A stretch of DNA of 64,000 bases, from positions 620,001 to 684,000 of the forward strand of contig CAWJLW010000006.1 in the NCBI GenBank assembly GCA_963843795.1. The letters are read 5' to 3'. The DNA comes from an uncultured bacterium (lineage in GTDB: Bacteria > Armatimonadota > Abditibacteriia > Abditibacteriales > Abditibacteriaceae). Below are positions 9,766 to 20,015 of the stretch, in pieces. How positions within the stretch are numbered: position 1 is the first letter of the stretch; each line of letters starts with the position of its first letter. The notes under the pieces were generated by a model. It ran no database searches, had not been told where the DNA came from, and saw nothing but the letters and a program-made list of their open reading frames with translations. The position numbers and the translations under genes were made by a program.

Positions 9766-11502
9766 TTACAACTTCAAATCTAAATCGGTGACTGCGCCTT
9801 TCGAGGCCGAACTCACCAAACTCGCGTATTTCGCCAGCACGCCGCGCGTGTATTTGGGAGCCGGACGCTGCCATTTTTCGCGACGCGCGCGCATCGTCGC
9901 TTCATCGACTTCGAGGTCAATCGTGCGTTTTTCGGCGTCGATTGTAATCGTGTCGCCGTCTTCAATTAAGGCAATCGCGCCGCCTTCGTAGGCTTCGGGC
10001 GTGATGTGGCCGACCACGAAACCATGACTTCCGCCGGAAAAACGCCCATCGGTAATCAGCGCGACTTCTTTGCCCAAACCTTTGCCCATCACGGCACTGG
10101 TTGGCGAAAGCATTTCGCGCATTCCCGGCCCGCCTTTTGGCCCTTCGTAGCGAATCACGATCACATCACCCGCGACGACCGAGCCATCCAAAATCGCTTT
10201 CAGCGCTTGTTCTTCGGCGTCGTAAACGCGCGCGCTGCCGCTGAAACGCAAGCCTTCTTTGCCGGAAATTTTCGCCACCGCGCCTTCGCTGGCCAAATCG
10301 CCATACAAAATCACCAGATGCGAATCGGGCTTAATCGGATTGTCCAATGGGCGAATCACGTCTTGATCGGTCGGATACGGCTGCACATCGGCCAAGTTTT
10401 CCGCGACGGTTTTTCCGGTCACGGTCATACAATCGCCATGCAACAAACCGGCATCGAGCAAGGTTTTCATCAAAGGCGCAAGTCCACCGATGCGCACCAG
10501 ATGAATCATTTCGTATTTGCCACTCGGCTTCAAATCGCCCAGAACCGGAACTTTTTTGCCGATTTCGGTGAAATCGTCAATCTTCAAATCGACACCGCAC
10601 GAATGCGCGACGGCCAATAAGTGCAGCACGGCATTGGTCGAACCGCCCAATGCAATGACTACGGTAATCGCGTTTTCAAACGCTTTGCGTGTCATGATGT
10701 CGAGCGGTCGAATATTATTTTTGATAAGTTCCAAAACCGCGCGTCCGGCATTTTCGCAGTCGCGCGTTTTATCGGGCGAAGTCGCGGCTTGCGCGGAACT
10801 ATTGGGCAAGCTCATTCCCATCGCTTCAATTGCCGAAGCCATGGTGTTCGCGGTGTACATTCCGCCGCAGCTGCCCGCGCCCGGAATCGCGTTGCGCTCG
10901 ATCTCGGCCAGCTTTTCATCGCTGATTTTATCGTTGGCGTGCTGCCCAACCGCTTCGAAAACGCTCACGATATCTAAAGAACGGTCGCAGCCCGCTTCGG
11001 TGATGCAACCGGGCAAAATGGTGCCGCCATAAACGAAAACACCGGGCCGATTCAAGCGCCCCAGCGCCATCAAACAGCCGGGCATATTCTTGTCGCAGCC
11101 ACCAATTGCCACGATGCCATCGAAACCTTCGCAGCCCATCACGGTTTCAATCGAATCGGCGATAACTTCGCGCGAAACGAGCGAATACTTCATGCCCTCG
11201 GTGCCCATCGAAATGCCGTCAGAAATGCCTGAAACACCGAAAATCAAGGCTTTGCCACCAGCGGCATCGACGCCGTTTTGCGCGGCAACGGCTAATTTGT
11301 CGATGTGCATATTGCACGGCGTGACGGTGTTCCAAGTGCTGGCGATACCGATTTGCGATTTCTGAAAATCGTCGGATTCAAAGCCCAGCGCGTGTAACAT
11401 GGCACGACTGGCGGCGCGGTCGGCGCCGTCGATTACGATACTCGAATATTGGCGATGCGCGTTGTTTTCGCTGCCCTCGCCGTGGTTTTGATTGGAATTC
11501 AT
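9766..11502 (-). CDS. ilvD: Dihydroxy-acid dehydratase
   Basis: [60 protein letters not shown]. Confidence 0.97.
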   Translation of the reverse strand: MNSNQNHGEGSENNAHRQYSSIVIDGADRAASRAMLHALGFESDDFQKSQIGIASTWNTVTPCNMHIDKLAVAAQNGVDAAGGKALIFGVSGISDGISMGTEGMKYSLVSREVIADSIETVMGCEGFDGIVAIGGCDKNMPGCLMALGRLNRPGVFVYGGTILPGCITEAGCDRSLDIVSVFEAVGQHANDKISDEKLAEIERNAIPGAGSCGGMYTANTMASAIEAMGMSLPNSSAQAATSPDKTRDCENAGRAVLELIKNNIRPLDIMTRKAFENAITVVIALGGSTNAVLHLLAVAHSCGVDLKIDDFTEIGKKVPVLGDLKPSGKYEMIHLVRIGGLAPLMKTLLDAGLLHGDCMTVTGKTVAENLADVQPYPTDQDVIRPLDNPIKPDSHLVILYGDLASEGAVAKISGKEGLRFSGSARVYDAEEQALKAILDGSVVAGDVIVIRYEGPKGGPGMREMLSPTSAVMGKGLGKEVALITDGRFSGGSHGFVVGHITPEAYEGGAIALIEDGDTITIDAEKRTIDLEVDEATMRARREKWQRPAPKYTRGVLAKYASLVSSASKGAVTDLDLKL

Positions 11503-11574
11503 GCTTTTATTTTAATCTTTTTTGCGGTGCAAGTACTTGCAGGGCGGTTAATAAAGCGTCAATCTTAAATGTAT

Positions 11575-11647
11575 GCGCCTGTAGCTCAAGGGTTAGAGCA
11601 GGGGACTCATAATCCTTTGGTTGTCGGTTCGAATCCGGCCAGGCGTA
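11575..11647 (+). tRNA. tRNA with CAT anticodon, most likely tRNA-Ile2 (lysidine) rather than Met
   Basis: Acceptor GCGCCTG/CAGGCGT+A, TAGCTCA..GGTTAGAGCA D-arm, GGGGA-CTCATAA-TCCTT anticodon arm, GGTTCGAATCC T-arm; no encoded CCA. Confidence 0.9.
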
Positions 11648-11682
11648 TTTTTTCGATGAGACATAATCCGCTTCGCGAATCA

Positions 11683-11800
11683 TGCGGGCACCCACAAGGG
11701 ATGCCCCTACAATCGAATTGCGGGAACAGTTTTTCGCTACGACTGCGTTGGTTTCTTCGCCCAACGCAATCTATAGAGGCATCCCTTGTGGGTGCCCGCA
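11683..11800. repeat. Inverted REP pair flanking the RAYT gene
   Basis: GTAGGGGCATCCCTTGTGGGTGCCCGCA on the minus strand (11683-11710) and ATAGAGGCATCCCTTGTGGGTGCCCGCA on the plus strand (11773-11800). Confidence 0.85.
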
Positions 11801-11840
11801 CCAAATGCAACGCATTTGATGCGCCATTACATTTCAAATT

Positions 11841-12360
11841 ATGCCGTCCGATTCGCTTCAGCCATATCGTCGCTCGCTGCGTTGGCGCGGCTACGATTAT
11901 TCGCAGGTCGGAGTTTATTTCGTAACCATTTGCACCGAAAAACGCTTGTGCTTGTTCGGTGAAATTCAAGATACGGAAATGGCGCTCAACCAAGCCGGAG
12001 AAATGTTGGCGCGCCAATGGCTGGCTTTGCCACAGCGTTTTCCTCATATTTCTCTCGATGAATGGGTTGTGATGCCCAATCATTTTCACGGCATTATAGT
12101 CATTAACGAAAATTTGGGGTCACATCCCAAGTGCAGCGTTTTAGGCGCTGTAGTCGGCGCGTGGAAATTATTGACGACACACGATTATGTAAGGCGTGCA
12201 AAACGAAAATTGGACGCCTTTTTCGCGACGCTTGTGGCAGCGCAACTATTACGAACATGTGGTGCGCAGTGAGGACGATTGCGACGATTGCTCGGCGATT
12301 CGAGAATATATCGCTCTCAATCCATCGCGCTGGCATTTAAACAAAGAAAATCAGCTTTAA
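11841..12360 (+). mobile_element. REP-associated tyrosine transposase (RAYT, Y1 HUH), frameshifted near 12191
   Basis: RRSLRWRGYDYS..YFVTICT, MPNHFHGI (HUH); the second frame gives WQRNYYEHVVR..IREYIALNPSRW, ending at TAA 12360. Confidence 0.85.
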
Positions 12361-12444
12361 AACATTAAGTTCAACACGCGCGTGCTTGCAAGTACTTGCG
12401 GGCGCTTTCACAATGAAAGCAACTTGCTTGCAAAGGAAAGCGCC

Positions 12445-13452
12445 ATGAATTCTGCTCTGGCCGCCAACGGCCATCTTGCCAATGCACATGCTCCTCGCTT
12501 TATGGAAGAAACGACCCTCGCTGCCTCGCCGCAACTGCTCAACGAACTCGAAACTAACTTGGCGCGCGTGATTCGCGGCAAAACTCAAGATATTCGTTTG
12601 CTACTCATCGCGCTGCTTTCTGGCGGTCACGCATTATTGGAAGACGCGCCTGGAACCGGCAAAACCACCTTGGCCAAAAGTCTGGCGCGTTCAATTGAAG
12701 GTACGTTTCGTCGCGTGCAGTTCACGCCCGATTTACTGCCCGCCGATATTACCGGCAGCAGTTTTTACGATCCCCAAAATGGCGCGTGGGAATTTCGCCA
12801 GGGCCCGGTTTTTTGCAATGTGCTTTTGGCCGATGAAATCAATCGCACCAGCCCGCGCACGCAGTCGGCGCTTTTAGAAGTGATGAGCGAAAATCAAGTC
12901 ACTATCGAAGGCCGGCCTTGTCCTCTGCCACGCCCGTTTTTCGTGGTCGCCACACAAAATCCGTCCGATTTTCATGGCACTTATCCGCTGCCCGAAGCGC
13001 AAATGGATCGCTTCGCGCTGCGTTTATCGCTGGGCTATCCCGACGAAGCGCACGAATTGGAAGTGTTGCTGGCGCGCCACGATCACGATCCATTTGAAGA
13101 TTTGCAGCCGGTGTTAAATACGGTGCAAATGTTGGCTTTGCAAAACAAAGCGCGCGAAGTGCGCGTGGACGATTCAATTAGCCAATATATTGTGCGTTTG
13201 GTTGCCGCCACGCGCGGCGATGCGCGTTTGCGCTTGCCGGTTTCGACGCGTGGCGCGCTGTCGTTGTATCGTTGCGCGCAGGCCAAAGCGTTTTTGGAAA
13301 AGCGCGATTATTGTGTGCCCGACGACGCGCGCGATTTAGCTGTGCCAGTCTTGTCGCATCGCATCGCACTGGATTCCAAGGCGCGTTACGGCGGCACGCA
13401 GCCGAAAGTGTTTATCGAAGAATTGTTGGAACAAATCGCGTTGCCACGTTAA
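12445..13452 (+). CDS. MoxR family AAA+ ATPase
   Basis: GHALLEDAPGTGKT, RVQFTPDLLPADITG, LADEINRTSPRTQSALLE, ATQNP, YPLPEAQMDRF; start chosen at ATG after AAAGGA. Confidence 0.92.
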   Translation: MNSALAANGHLANAHAPRFMEETTLAASPQLLNELETNLARVIRGKTQDIRLLLIALLSGGHALLEDAPGTGKTTLAKSLARSIEGTFRRVQFTPDLLPADITGSSFYDPQNGAWEFRQGPVFCNVLLADEINRTSPRTQSALLEVMSENQVTIEGRPCPLPRPFFVVATQNPSDFHGTYPLPEAQMDRFALRLSLGYPDEAHELEVLLARHDHDPFEDLQPVLNTVQMLALQNKAREVRVDDSISQYIVRLVAATRGDARLRLPVSTRGALSLYRCAQAKAFLEKRDYCVPDDARDLAVPVLSHRIALDSKARYGGTQPKVFIEELLEQIALPR

Positions 13453-13482
13453 CATTATTAAGGTTTTAGAATCGGAAGTGTG

Positions 13483-13514
13483 AAAGCGCGCTGCAAGTAC
13501 TCGCAGCGCGCTTT
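13483..13514 (+). terminator. Terminator after moxR with a variant palindrome core
   Basis: AAAGCGCGCTGC-AAGTACTC-GCAGCGCGCTTT followed by T. Confidence 0.7.
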
Positions 13515-13632
13515 TCTGTTTTAATCGCTTGCAGTTATCAATAACGAATAGAAATCTCGGCTTGACGTGTTTTGCATCATGGCTTAGAGTTTACGAGTCG
13601 CTTTTGCAAAGAAGCGACGCATTATTTGAATC

Positions 13633-13745
13633 ACGTAATTCTTGGTGTCTGGGGAAGTTCGGTGAAAATCCGACGCTGTCCCGCAACGGTGAAAGTCGAT
13701 GGTCTCGACCACGATTTAAGCCCGATTACCAGCCCGAAGAACGTC
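13633..13745 (+). promoter_or_regulatory. Cobalamin (B12) riboswitch
   Basis: GGGAAGTTCGGTGAAAATCCGACGCTGTCCCGCAACGGTGA...AAGCCCGATTACCAGCC B12-box pattern; candidate attenuator CCACCGT..ACGGTGGTTTTT at 13839-13868. Confidence 0.88.
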
Positions 13746-13964
13746 GCAGCAAACCCTTCGCGAGAAAAGGGGTGACGACACAACGCATTTCGTTTCGCCA
13801 TGATAAATTCATGGCGATTCCATCGTTCGTGCCAACGCCCACCGTCCTCCATTGGAACGGTGGTTTTTGTTGGTCGGGCCGATTTACGATTATCCGATTT
13901 TCTTTTCTCCCGCAGTTTTGCCGCGCAATTCCACCGTCCACGCGTGATGGACACAGGAGAAAGT

Positions 13965-14732
13965 ATGTCGAATTGTTGGGGTCATGAAGAGCATAAAAAG
14001 AGCGTGCAACGCGGTTTTACGCTCATCGAACTGCTGGTCGTTGTAGCCATCATCGGAATATTGGCGGCGATGTTGTTTCCAGTTTTTGGGCGTGCCCGCG
14101 AAAGTGCGCGCAAGGCGAGTTGCATGAGTAATTTGAAGCAAATCGGCTTAGCTGCCATGCAGTATTCGCAGGATTACGATGAGCGCGTGATGCCATTGGG
14201 CTACATTTACGGTGGCAAAACCTATTATTGGTGGGGCAGCGTGAAAAGCAGCGTGCTCAACGAAAGCGAAAGTATGTTGCAGCCGTATATGAAGAACACA
14301 CAAATTCAAGCCTGCCCATCGTTCGATAACAAATTGCGCACCGCAATTGGCCTCACTGGATACGCTTACAACGACGCGTATTTACACCCAAATTGGTACA
14401 GCGGCAACGCTTCGGTTTCGCTGGCGCGCATTGGCGATTCCGCGCGTACTGTGATGCTGTCCGATAGTGCGCGCATCAGTTTTCTGGATGGGAAAACGCT
14501 TGAAGCCAATACGTTTCTCACGCCGCCTTCGCAGAATTATCCAGCGCTGCACGCGCGCCATAACGGAACCGCAAACGTGCTGTGGGCCGATGGTCACGTC
14601 AAAGCCTTCAAACCAATTTTTCGCCCGCAAGATAATTTTCCTTACGATGCCGAAATTTACCGCCGAAGCAATCTGGGCGAATTGGATGAGGACGGCGATC
14701 TGAAAACTGACGAGCTTTTTGACCTTGATTGA
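13965..14732 (+). CDS. Prepilin-type N-methylation / DUF1559 protein with H-X9-DG motif
   Basis: [40 protein letters not shown]-terminal [24 protein letters not shown]. Confidence 0.9.
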   Translation: MSNCWGHEEHKKSVQRGFTLIELLVVVAIIGILAAMLFPVFGRARESARKASCMSNLKQIGLAAMQYSQDYDERVMPLGYIYGGKTYYWWGSVKSSVLNESESMLQPYMKNTQIQACPSFDNKLRTAIGLTGYAYNDAYLHPNWYSGNASVSLARIGDSARTVMLSDSARISFLDGKTLEANTFLTPPSQNYPALHARHNGTANVLWADGHVKAFKPIFRPQDNFPYDAEIYRRSNLGELDEDGDLKTDELFDLD

Positions 14733-14816
14733 AATTGTCTACAAGCGCCCTGCAAGTACTTGCAGGGCGCTGTTATCTTTGTGTGATGCGTTGTGACAGC
14801 GATTAAAATCAACTTC

Positions 14817-15758
14817 ATGTTTTCGACTGAAATTGTACGCTGGCTACAACAATTCCGCTTTCTAACGCCCATCATGAAGGTGTTTAGTTTCGCTGGCAAC
14901 GAAGAATTTTTTCTTTTATTACTTCCTTTGTTTTATCTGTGTCTCGACCGGCGCGCTGCCTTGAGACTGGGCGCTCTTTTGCTGATTGGAGATGCATTCA
15001 ACACGATTCTCAAAATCGCTTTTGCGCTGCCGCGCCCTTATTGGATCGACCGCAGTATTGTGCCGCTTTCGACCGATACGAGCTTTGGTTTGCCTTCAAG
15101 CCACGCGCAAAACGCGATGTCGATCTGGGGCTGGCTTGCACTGCGTTCGCGCCACTGGATTGCGCTTACTGGCGCGCTGATTTTGATTGCGGGCATTGGC
15201 GTTTCGCGCGTGTTTCTGGGCGTGCATTTTCCACTTGATGTCATCGCCGGTTGGATTATTGGCGCGCTTGCTCTGTTAATTTTTCGCAGGTACGAAAACC
15301 ACGTTTCGGCTTTTTTGGCGCGGCAAAGTTTGCTGCGCCAAATTATCTGGGCGACGGCAGTTGCCGCACTGATATTAGAAATTTGGCTGCTAGTCAGCGC
15401 GCTGCGTCCCGTGCCAACCTTGACGAATTCTGGAGTGCTAGAAGGTTTCGATGCTAAAGCGATTGTCTCGCGCAGCGGCGCGTTGTGGGGCTTGATCGTC
15501 GGCGCGGCGCTGGCTTCGCGGCACACGCGTTTTGTCATTGATGGCACCGTCGGGCAGCGCGTTTTGCGCTTGGTGATTGCTCTGGTGGGCGTGGGGTTGA
15601 TTTGGAAAGGCGTACAGGTACTTGCGGGCGATGTGCTGTGGCTGCGCTGGATGCGTTACGCGTTGCTGACCTTGTGGGTGACGTATTTCGCACCGCGCGT
15701 TTTGATAACGATGAAACTGTTGCGCGCGGTCGATGAAAATCGGGCGGTCACGACGTGA
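14817..15758 (+). CDS. PAP2 family membrane phosphatase
   Basis: K....PRP, PSSH, SRVFLGVHFPLDV. Confidence 0.9.
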   Translation: MFSTEIVRWLQQFRFLTPIMKVFSFAGNEEFFLLLLPLFYLCLDRRAALRLGALLLIGDAFNTILKIAFALPRPYWIDRSIVPLSTDTSFGLPSSHAQNAMSIWGWLALRSRHWIALTGALILIAGIGVSRVFLGVHFPLDVIAGWIIGALALLIFRRYENHVSAFLARQSLLRQIIWATAVAALILEIWLLVSALRPVPTLTNSGVLEGFDAKAIVSRSGALWGLIVGAALASRHTRFVIDGTVGQRVLRLVIALVGVGLIWKGVQVLAGDVLWLRWMRYALLTLWVTYFAPRVLITMKLLRAVDENRAVTT

Positions 15759-15800
15759 GAAGTCGCTGCAAGTACTTGCGAGGGCATTGATAGGGCATTT

Positions 15801-17048
15801 ATGAAGCAATTGGCACGACATCGTTTTCATCTGGAAATCAGCGCATTCTGGTTCGGCGTGGCATTTTTGTGGTCGGGCCTCATCACGATTGTGGTGCAAA
15901 GTCGCGTCGCGGAAATGGCTCCCCAAAACAAAGATTTGGTGCTGGGTCTGACGCTGGCGCTGGGCGCAATTGTTTCAACTTGGGTTTGCTACGACATCGG
16001 CGCGCGCTCCGACCGCGCGCGCAATCGCTGGGTGCAACGCTTTGGACGACGACGGCCTTTCATCGTGCTCGGCACTCTCGCCGCTGTGCCTGCTCTGATT
16101 GCGCTGCCGTTTGCCAACAATATTCTTTCTTTGATCCTTGTCCTGTGCGGAATTCAATTCGCGGTTAATTTCGCGACCGCGCCCTATCAAGCGCTCATTC
16201 CCGATTTAGTGCCCAAAAGCGAGCAGGGTGGCGCTTCGGCGTGGATGGGTATGAGCAGTTTATTAGGCACCTCACTGGGTTTGCTGGCTTATGGAACCAT
16301 TTTTCCGCAAGTTGGCGGTTTGATGCGCATCACGTTTTTGGTGATTGCCATTTTGCTGGTGACGATGCTGATTACCATTTGGCGCGTGCGCGAAGAAACC
16401 GTCACAGTGGTCGCCAATGCGCCACAAGAGGAGCCGTTTGATTGGCGTCAAGCGTGGCGCGAGCAGCGCGATTTTTTCTGGTTGATTGGTTCGCGATTCA
16501 TGATCAATCTGGGCTTTTATTCAGTCACTGAATTTCTACTTTATTACGTCACTGACACGCTGCGCGCGCCCGATCCGCAAGCGACAGTCATGAAATTCTT
16601 TCTGATTTCCACCGTTGCCGGTTTAATCGGTAACTTTCCCGCTGGTTTTCTGTCCGACCGCGTGTCGAAAAAACTCGTGGTTTACGTTTCCTTGGCGATT
16701 ACTGGCGTGGCGGCGTTGGTATTTTTGCTGGCCGATTCGATTCAAACTGCGACTTATGCGGCGTGGATTTTTGGTGCCGGTTACGGCGCATTCTTGGCCG
16801 TCGATTGGGCGCTGGCAACCAACTTATTGCCCGCACGCGATGAAGCACGTTGGATGGGAATCTGGCACGGCGCTTTTACAGTTCCACAAGTTGTCGCGCC
16901 AGTTGTTGGCGGCGTGACAGCGCATCTTTTCAATCGAATGTTGGGGCAGGGCGCGGGCTATCGCGCGGTTTTATTCAGCGTCTTGATTTATCTGGCGCTG
17001 GGCGCCCTGATGATTCGGCCCATTCGCGAAAAAATTCACACCGGTTGA
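15801..17048 (+). CDS. MFS transporter (glycoside/SLC45-like)
   Basis: About 12 TM segments; SDR....GRRRPF, ALIPDLVP, GFLSDRVSKK. Confidence 0.88.
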   Translation: MKQLARHRFHLEISAFWFGVAFLWSGLITIVVQSRVAEMAPQNKDLVLGLTLALGAIVSTWVCYDIGARSDRARNRWVQRFGRRRPFIVLGTLAAVPALIALPFANNILSLILVLCGIQFAVNFATAPYQALIPDLVPKSEQGGASAWMGMSSLLGTSLGLLAYGTIFPQVGGLMRITFLVIAILLVTMLITIWRVREETVTVVANAPQEEPFDWRQAWREQRDFFWLIGSRFMINLGFYSVTEFLLYYVTDTLRAPDPQATVMKFFLISTVAGLIGNFPAGFLSDRVSKKLVVYVSLAITGVAALVFLLADSIQTATYAAWIFGAGYGAFLAVDWALATNLLPARDEARWMGIWHGAFTVPQVVAPVVGGVTAHLFNRMLGQGAGYRAVLFSVLIYLALGALMIRPIREKIHTG

Positions 17049-17182
17049 AGCCAAGCTCTGCAAGTACTTGCAGATCCTTAATCTTTTCTTACTCAAAATT
17101 TAAAGCCAATCTTACAGGTTGTTAATATAGCAAAGCTCATAATCTCTGCGTCGGATAATTTGATTTGAACAGAGGTTGATTT

Positions 17183-18109
17183 ATGAAAATGCTACAAAAA
17201 CGGGCGCAATGGAAAAAAGGTTTCACGCTCATCGAACTTTTGGTCGTGATTGCGATCATTGCGATCCTCGCGGCGATTTTGTTTCCGGTATTTGCGAGAG
17301 CGCGCGAAAATGCGCGTAAGACGAGCTGTCTGAGTAACATGAAGCAGATTGGCTTAGGACTTATTCAGTACACGCAAGACTACGACAGCACTTACCCTAT
17401 GGCATATTTTTACGTCAATGGTACGGATAGCGGTAAGGGTTATGTGCAGTGGACGGGCACGGTGCAGCCTTATGTCAAAAGCGAGCAATTGTTCGTGTGC
17501 CCGAGCCACGCCAGCGGCGGCATCGCGCCGACCAACTGCACGCGTCCGGCATGCTTGTCTTCGGGCCAAACGTTTCAAATGGCGGGCGTCGATGATGTGC
17601 AGGTCGCGCGCTCGTCTTATATCGCTAACGAACTGGTGATTCCCCGCAAAAAGACCGCAGCAATTCCAGTCAACGTCGTCAATGAAGCAGCGTTAGATGT
17701 GCCGACTCAGATTATTATGGTGGCGGAAATGGCCAACAACGCGGCCAACCTGAACGGCAGTTCGGCGCTGGGCGGCGCGGCGGTTAAATCGCACCGTCCC
17801 ACGGCGGGCGTGAGTGAAGGCGGCCCGGCGACCGGCTACGATTCCGAAGATGGAACCGGCACTTTATACGCGACGCCAGTCGATGTGGCCATTGATGCCG
17901 TGAAAAATCCGACCGGTTCCAAGCCCCACATTCAATACACGCAGCCCGACCGTCACTTGGATGGCGCCAACTACTTGTTCGCCGATGGTCACGCCAAATG
18001 GTTGAGGCTGGAACAAACGCTTAATCCCAACAATTTTCTGTGGGGCAAGCGTGCGTATTCAGCTGGCAACGCGCCCATTCTCGCGCCCGGCGGCGGCAAC
18101 GTGCAGTAA
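17183..18109 (+). CDS. Prepilin-type N-methylation / DUF1559 protein with H-X9-DG motif
   Basis: [58 protein letters not shown]. Confidence 0.92.
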   Translation: MKMLQKRAQWKKGFTLIELLVVIAIIAILAAILFPVFARARENARKTSCLSNMKQIGLGLIQYTQDYDSTYPMAYFYVNGTDSGKGYVQWTGTVQPYVKSEQLFVCPSHASGGIAPTNCTRPACLSSGQTFQMAGVDDVQVARSSYIANELVIPRKKTAAIPVNVVNEAALDVPTQIIMVAEMANNAANLNGSSALGGAAVKSHRPTAGVSEGGPATGYDSEDGTGTLYATPVDVAIDAVKNPTGSKPHIQYTQPDRHLDGANYLFADGHAKWLRLEQTLNPNNFLWGKRAYSAGNAPILAPGGGNVQ

Positions 18110-18129
18110 CTTTTCTTGATTGCCTCACT

Positions 18130-18173
18130 CAAAGCAGCGCGCAAGTACTTGCAAGTACTTGCGCGCTGCTTTG
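18130..18173. terminator. 44-bp perfect palindrome containing two overlapping GCAAGTACTTGC copies
   Basis: CAAAGCAGCGCGCAAGTACTTG|CAAGTACTTGCGCGCTGCTTTG. Confidence 0.65.
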
Positions 18174-18189
18174 CATTTAAACTGTTGAT

Positions 18190-19143
18190 ATGGAAAACGA
18201 TTCGCGAGAAGATTTAACTGCGCATTTGCGCATGATGCTGTTGATTCGACGCTTTGAAGAACGCCTGGACGAACTGTTCACTTCGGGCGTCATCAAAGGC
18301 ACTTCACATTTATACGCCGGACAGGAAGCTGTTGCCGTCGGCGTGTGCGCGGCGCTGGAAAGTGGCGATTTGATGACTTCGACGCATCGCGGTCACGGTC
18401 ATTTTCTGGCTAAAGGCGGCAGCGCTAACGCACTGATGGCCGAATTGTGGGGTAAATCCGACGGTCCAAGCAAAGGGCGCGGCGGCAGCCAACACGTCGC
18501 CGATTATTCGTGCGGATTTCTGGGTTCCAACGGCATTACCGCGGGTGGTTTGCCGATTGCGACCGGCGCGGCTTTGTCACTGCAAATGCGCGAAAAACGC
18601 AACTGCGTAGTGACATTTTTTGGCGAAGGCGGCGCCAATCAGGGCACGTTTCACGAAAGCATCAACATGGCGGCGATCTGGAAATTGCCGGTCATTTTTC
18701 TATGCGAAAATAATCTTTACGCCATGAGCACTCCCTATGCGCAAACTTTCGCTGCGCCAACGATTGCCGCACGCGCGGCGGGTTATGGCATCGCGGGCGA
18801 AGTCGTGGATGGCACCGATTTTTTCGCCGTGCGCGAAGCGGTTGCACGCGCCAGTCAGCGCGCCAAAAACGGCGATGGGCCGACGCTTTTGGAAGCGCAC
18901 ACTTATCGTTATTACGGACATTCTAAAAGCGACAAGCGCGAATATCGCACGCGCGATGAAGAAGACAGTTGGCGACTGCGCGATTGCATCGCTAAATTGC
19001 GCGATGCGATGGAAATGAAGTTGGACGATTTAGCGGCTTTGGATGAAGAAGTGACGCGCGAAATTGATGAATCGGTTGAATTTGCCCGTAATTCACCCGA
19101 ACCGGAATTTGAAGAATGGGAAGATGTCGTGTTCGCTTCCTGA
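18190..19143 (+). CDS. TPP-dependent 2-oxoacid/acetoin dehydrogenase E1 alpha subunit
   Basis: HLYAGQEA, STHRGHGH, GEGGANQGTFHESINMA, TYRYYGHSKSD. Confidence 0.9.
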   Translation: MENDSREDLTAHLRMMLLIRRFEERLDELFTSGVIKGTSHLYAGQEAVAVGVCAALESGDLMTSTHRGHGHFLAKGGSANALMAELWGKSDGPSKGRGGSQHVADYSCGFLGSNGITAGGLPIATGAALSLQMREKRNCVVTFFGEGGANQGTFHESINMAAIWKLPVIFLCENNLYAMSTPYAQTFAAPTIAARAAGYGIAGEVVDGTDFFAVREAVARASQRAKNGDGPTLLEAHTYRYYGHSKSDKREYRTRDEEDSWRLRDCIAKLRDAMEMKLDDLAALDEEVTREIDESVEFARNSPEPEFEEWEDVVFAS

Positions 19144-19188
19144 AACAAAGCTGAAATTCTTCGATACAACCCCAAAAGCGACAATCCC

Positions 19189-19222
19189 AAAAGCGTTCTG
19201 CAAGTACTTGCAGAACGCTTTT
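19189..19222 (+). terminator. Terminator centred on GCAAGTACTTGC
   Basis: AAAAGCGTTCTGCAAGT|ACTTGCAGAACGCTTTT. Confidence 0.75.
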
Positions 19223-19420
19223 TAGGTTGTATTCCGAAATTATGGAGTGAGGCAAATCAGAAAATTTCATTGGTATTGTCAATTAAGTTTGATTTATAAA
19301 GAAAAAATCTAATTGTTGAATTTGAGAAATGTGTTAGCGCGCGAAGGTGATGGGGAATATAGAGAGCGCTAAATCGAGGCAAAGTTTGTTTCGTTTTGTG
19401 GAGAAGTAGAGGATGAGATT

Positions 19421-19903
19421 ATGAATTTGAGAAATGTGTGGCTGAGTGCTTTCGTCGTCCCCACCGTTTTGGCGGCGAGTGCGAGCTTTGCCTTGGCGGC
19501 TCCGGCGGTCACTTCGGAGTTGCAGGCGTTCAAGGTCGTCGAGAAAGAAGGCAAGTCGGCATTAGTGGCCGCTGATAAAGTGGCGCCGGGTGATGTGATC
19601 GAATATCGCGTTGAGTATCGCAACCAAAGCAAAAGTGCCGTCAAAGATTTGGATGCTACGCTGCCGATGCCCACAGGCTTAACGGTTTTGACCGATTCGC
19701 TGCGTCCGTTGCAGGCGCGCGCCAGCGTCGATGGGCGCACTTTCGGGCCGATGCCGCTGCGTCGTCGCGTGAAAAATGCCGATGGCACAGTTTCAATTGT
19801 GACGATTCCTGCCAGCCAGATTCGCTTTTTGCGTTGGACCGTGCCGCAGTTGGAAGCTGGAAAAAGCATTTCGTTTGCCGCGCGTGCGCGCATCAATCGC
19901 TAA
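19421..19903 (+). CDS. Small secreted single DUF11-like domain protein
   Basis: Signal peptide (ALA|AP); 'APGDVIEYRVEYRN', 'LPMPTG', 'LRWTVPQLEAGKSISFAARARIN*'. Confidence 0.85.
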   Translation: MNLRNVWLSAFVVPTVLAASASFALAAPAVTSELQAFKVVEKEGKSALVAADKVAPGDVIEYRVEYRNQSKSAVKDLDATLPMPTGLTVLTDSLRPLQARASVDGRTFGPMPLRRRVKNADGTVSIVTIPASQIRFLRWTVPQLEAGKSISFAARARINR

Positions 19904-20015
19904 CCGTCAATTTCGCAAAATGAGTCGCTGGTTTCTGAGGTCGTAATGCTGTTGCTATTTTGCAACGGTTGCTGAATCTTGCTGAATAATTGTGGGCCAT
20001 TTAGAGAGGAGATTT

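Noticed and set aside
11575..12360. tRNA-integrated island or prophage
   Set aside because: No integrase, and I saw no duplicated tRNA 3' end; only REPs and a RAYT follow.
13529..13987. ORFs over the riboswitch, and the long N-terminus of ORF 13800
   Set aside because: The region is explained by the riboswitch leader; the RBS and prepilin motif support a start at 13965.
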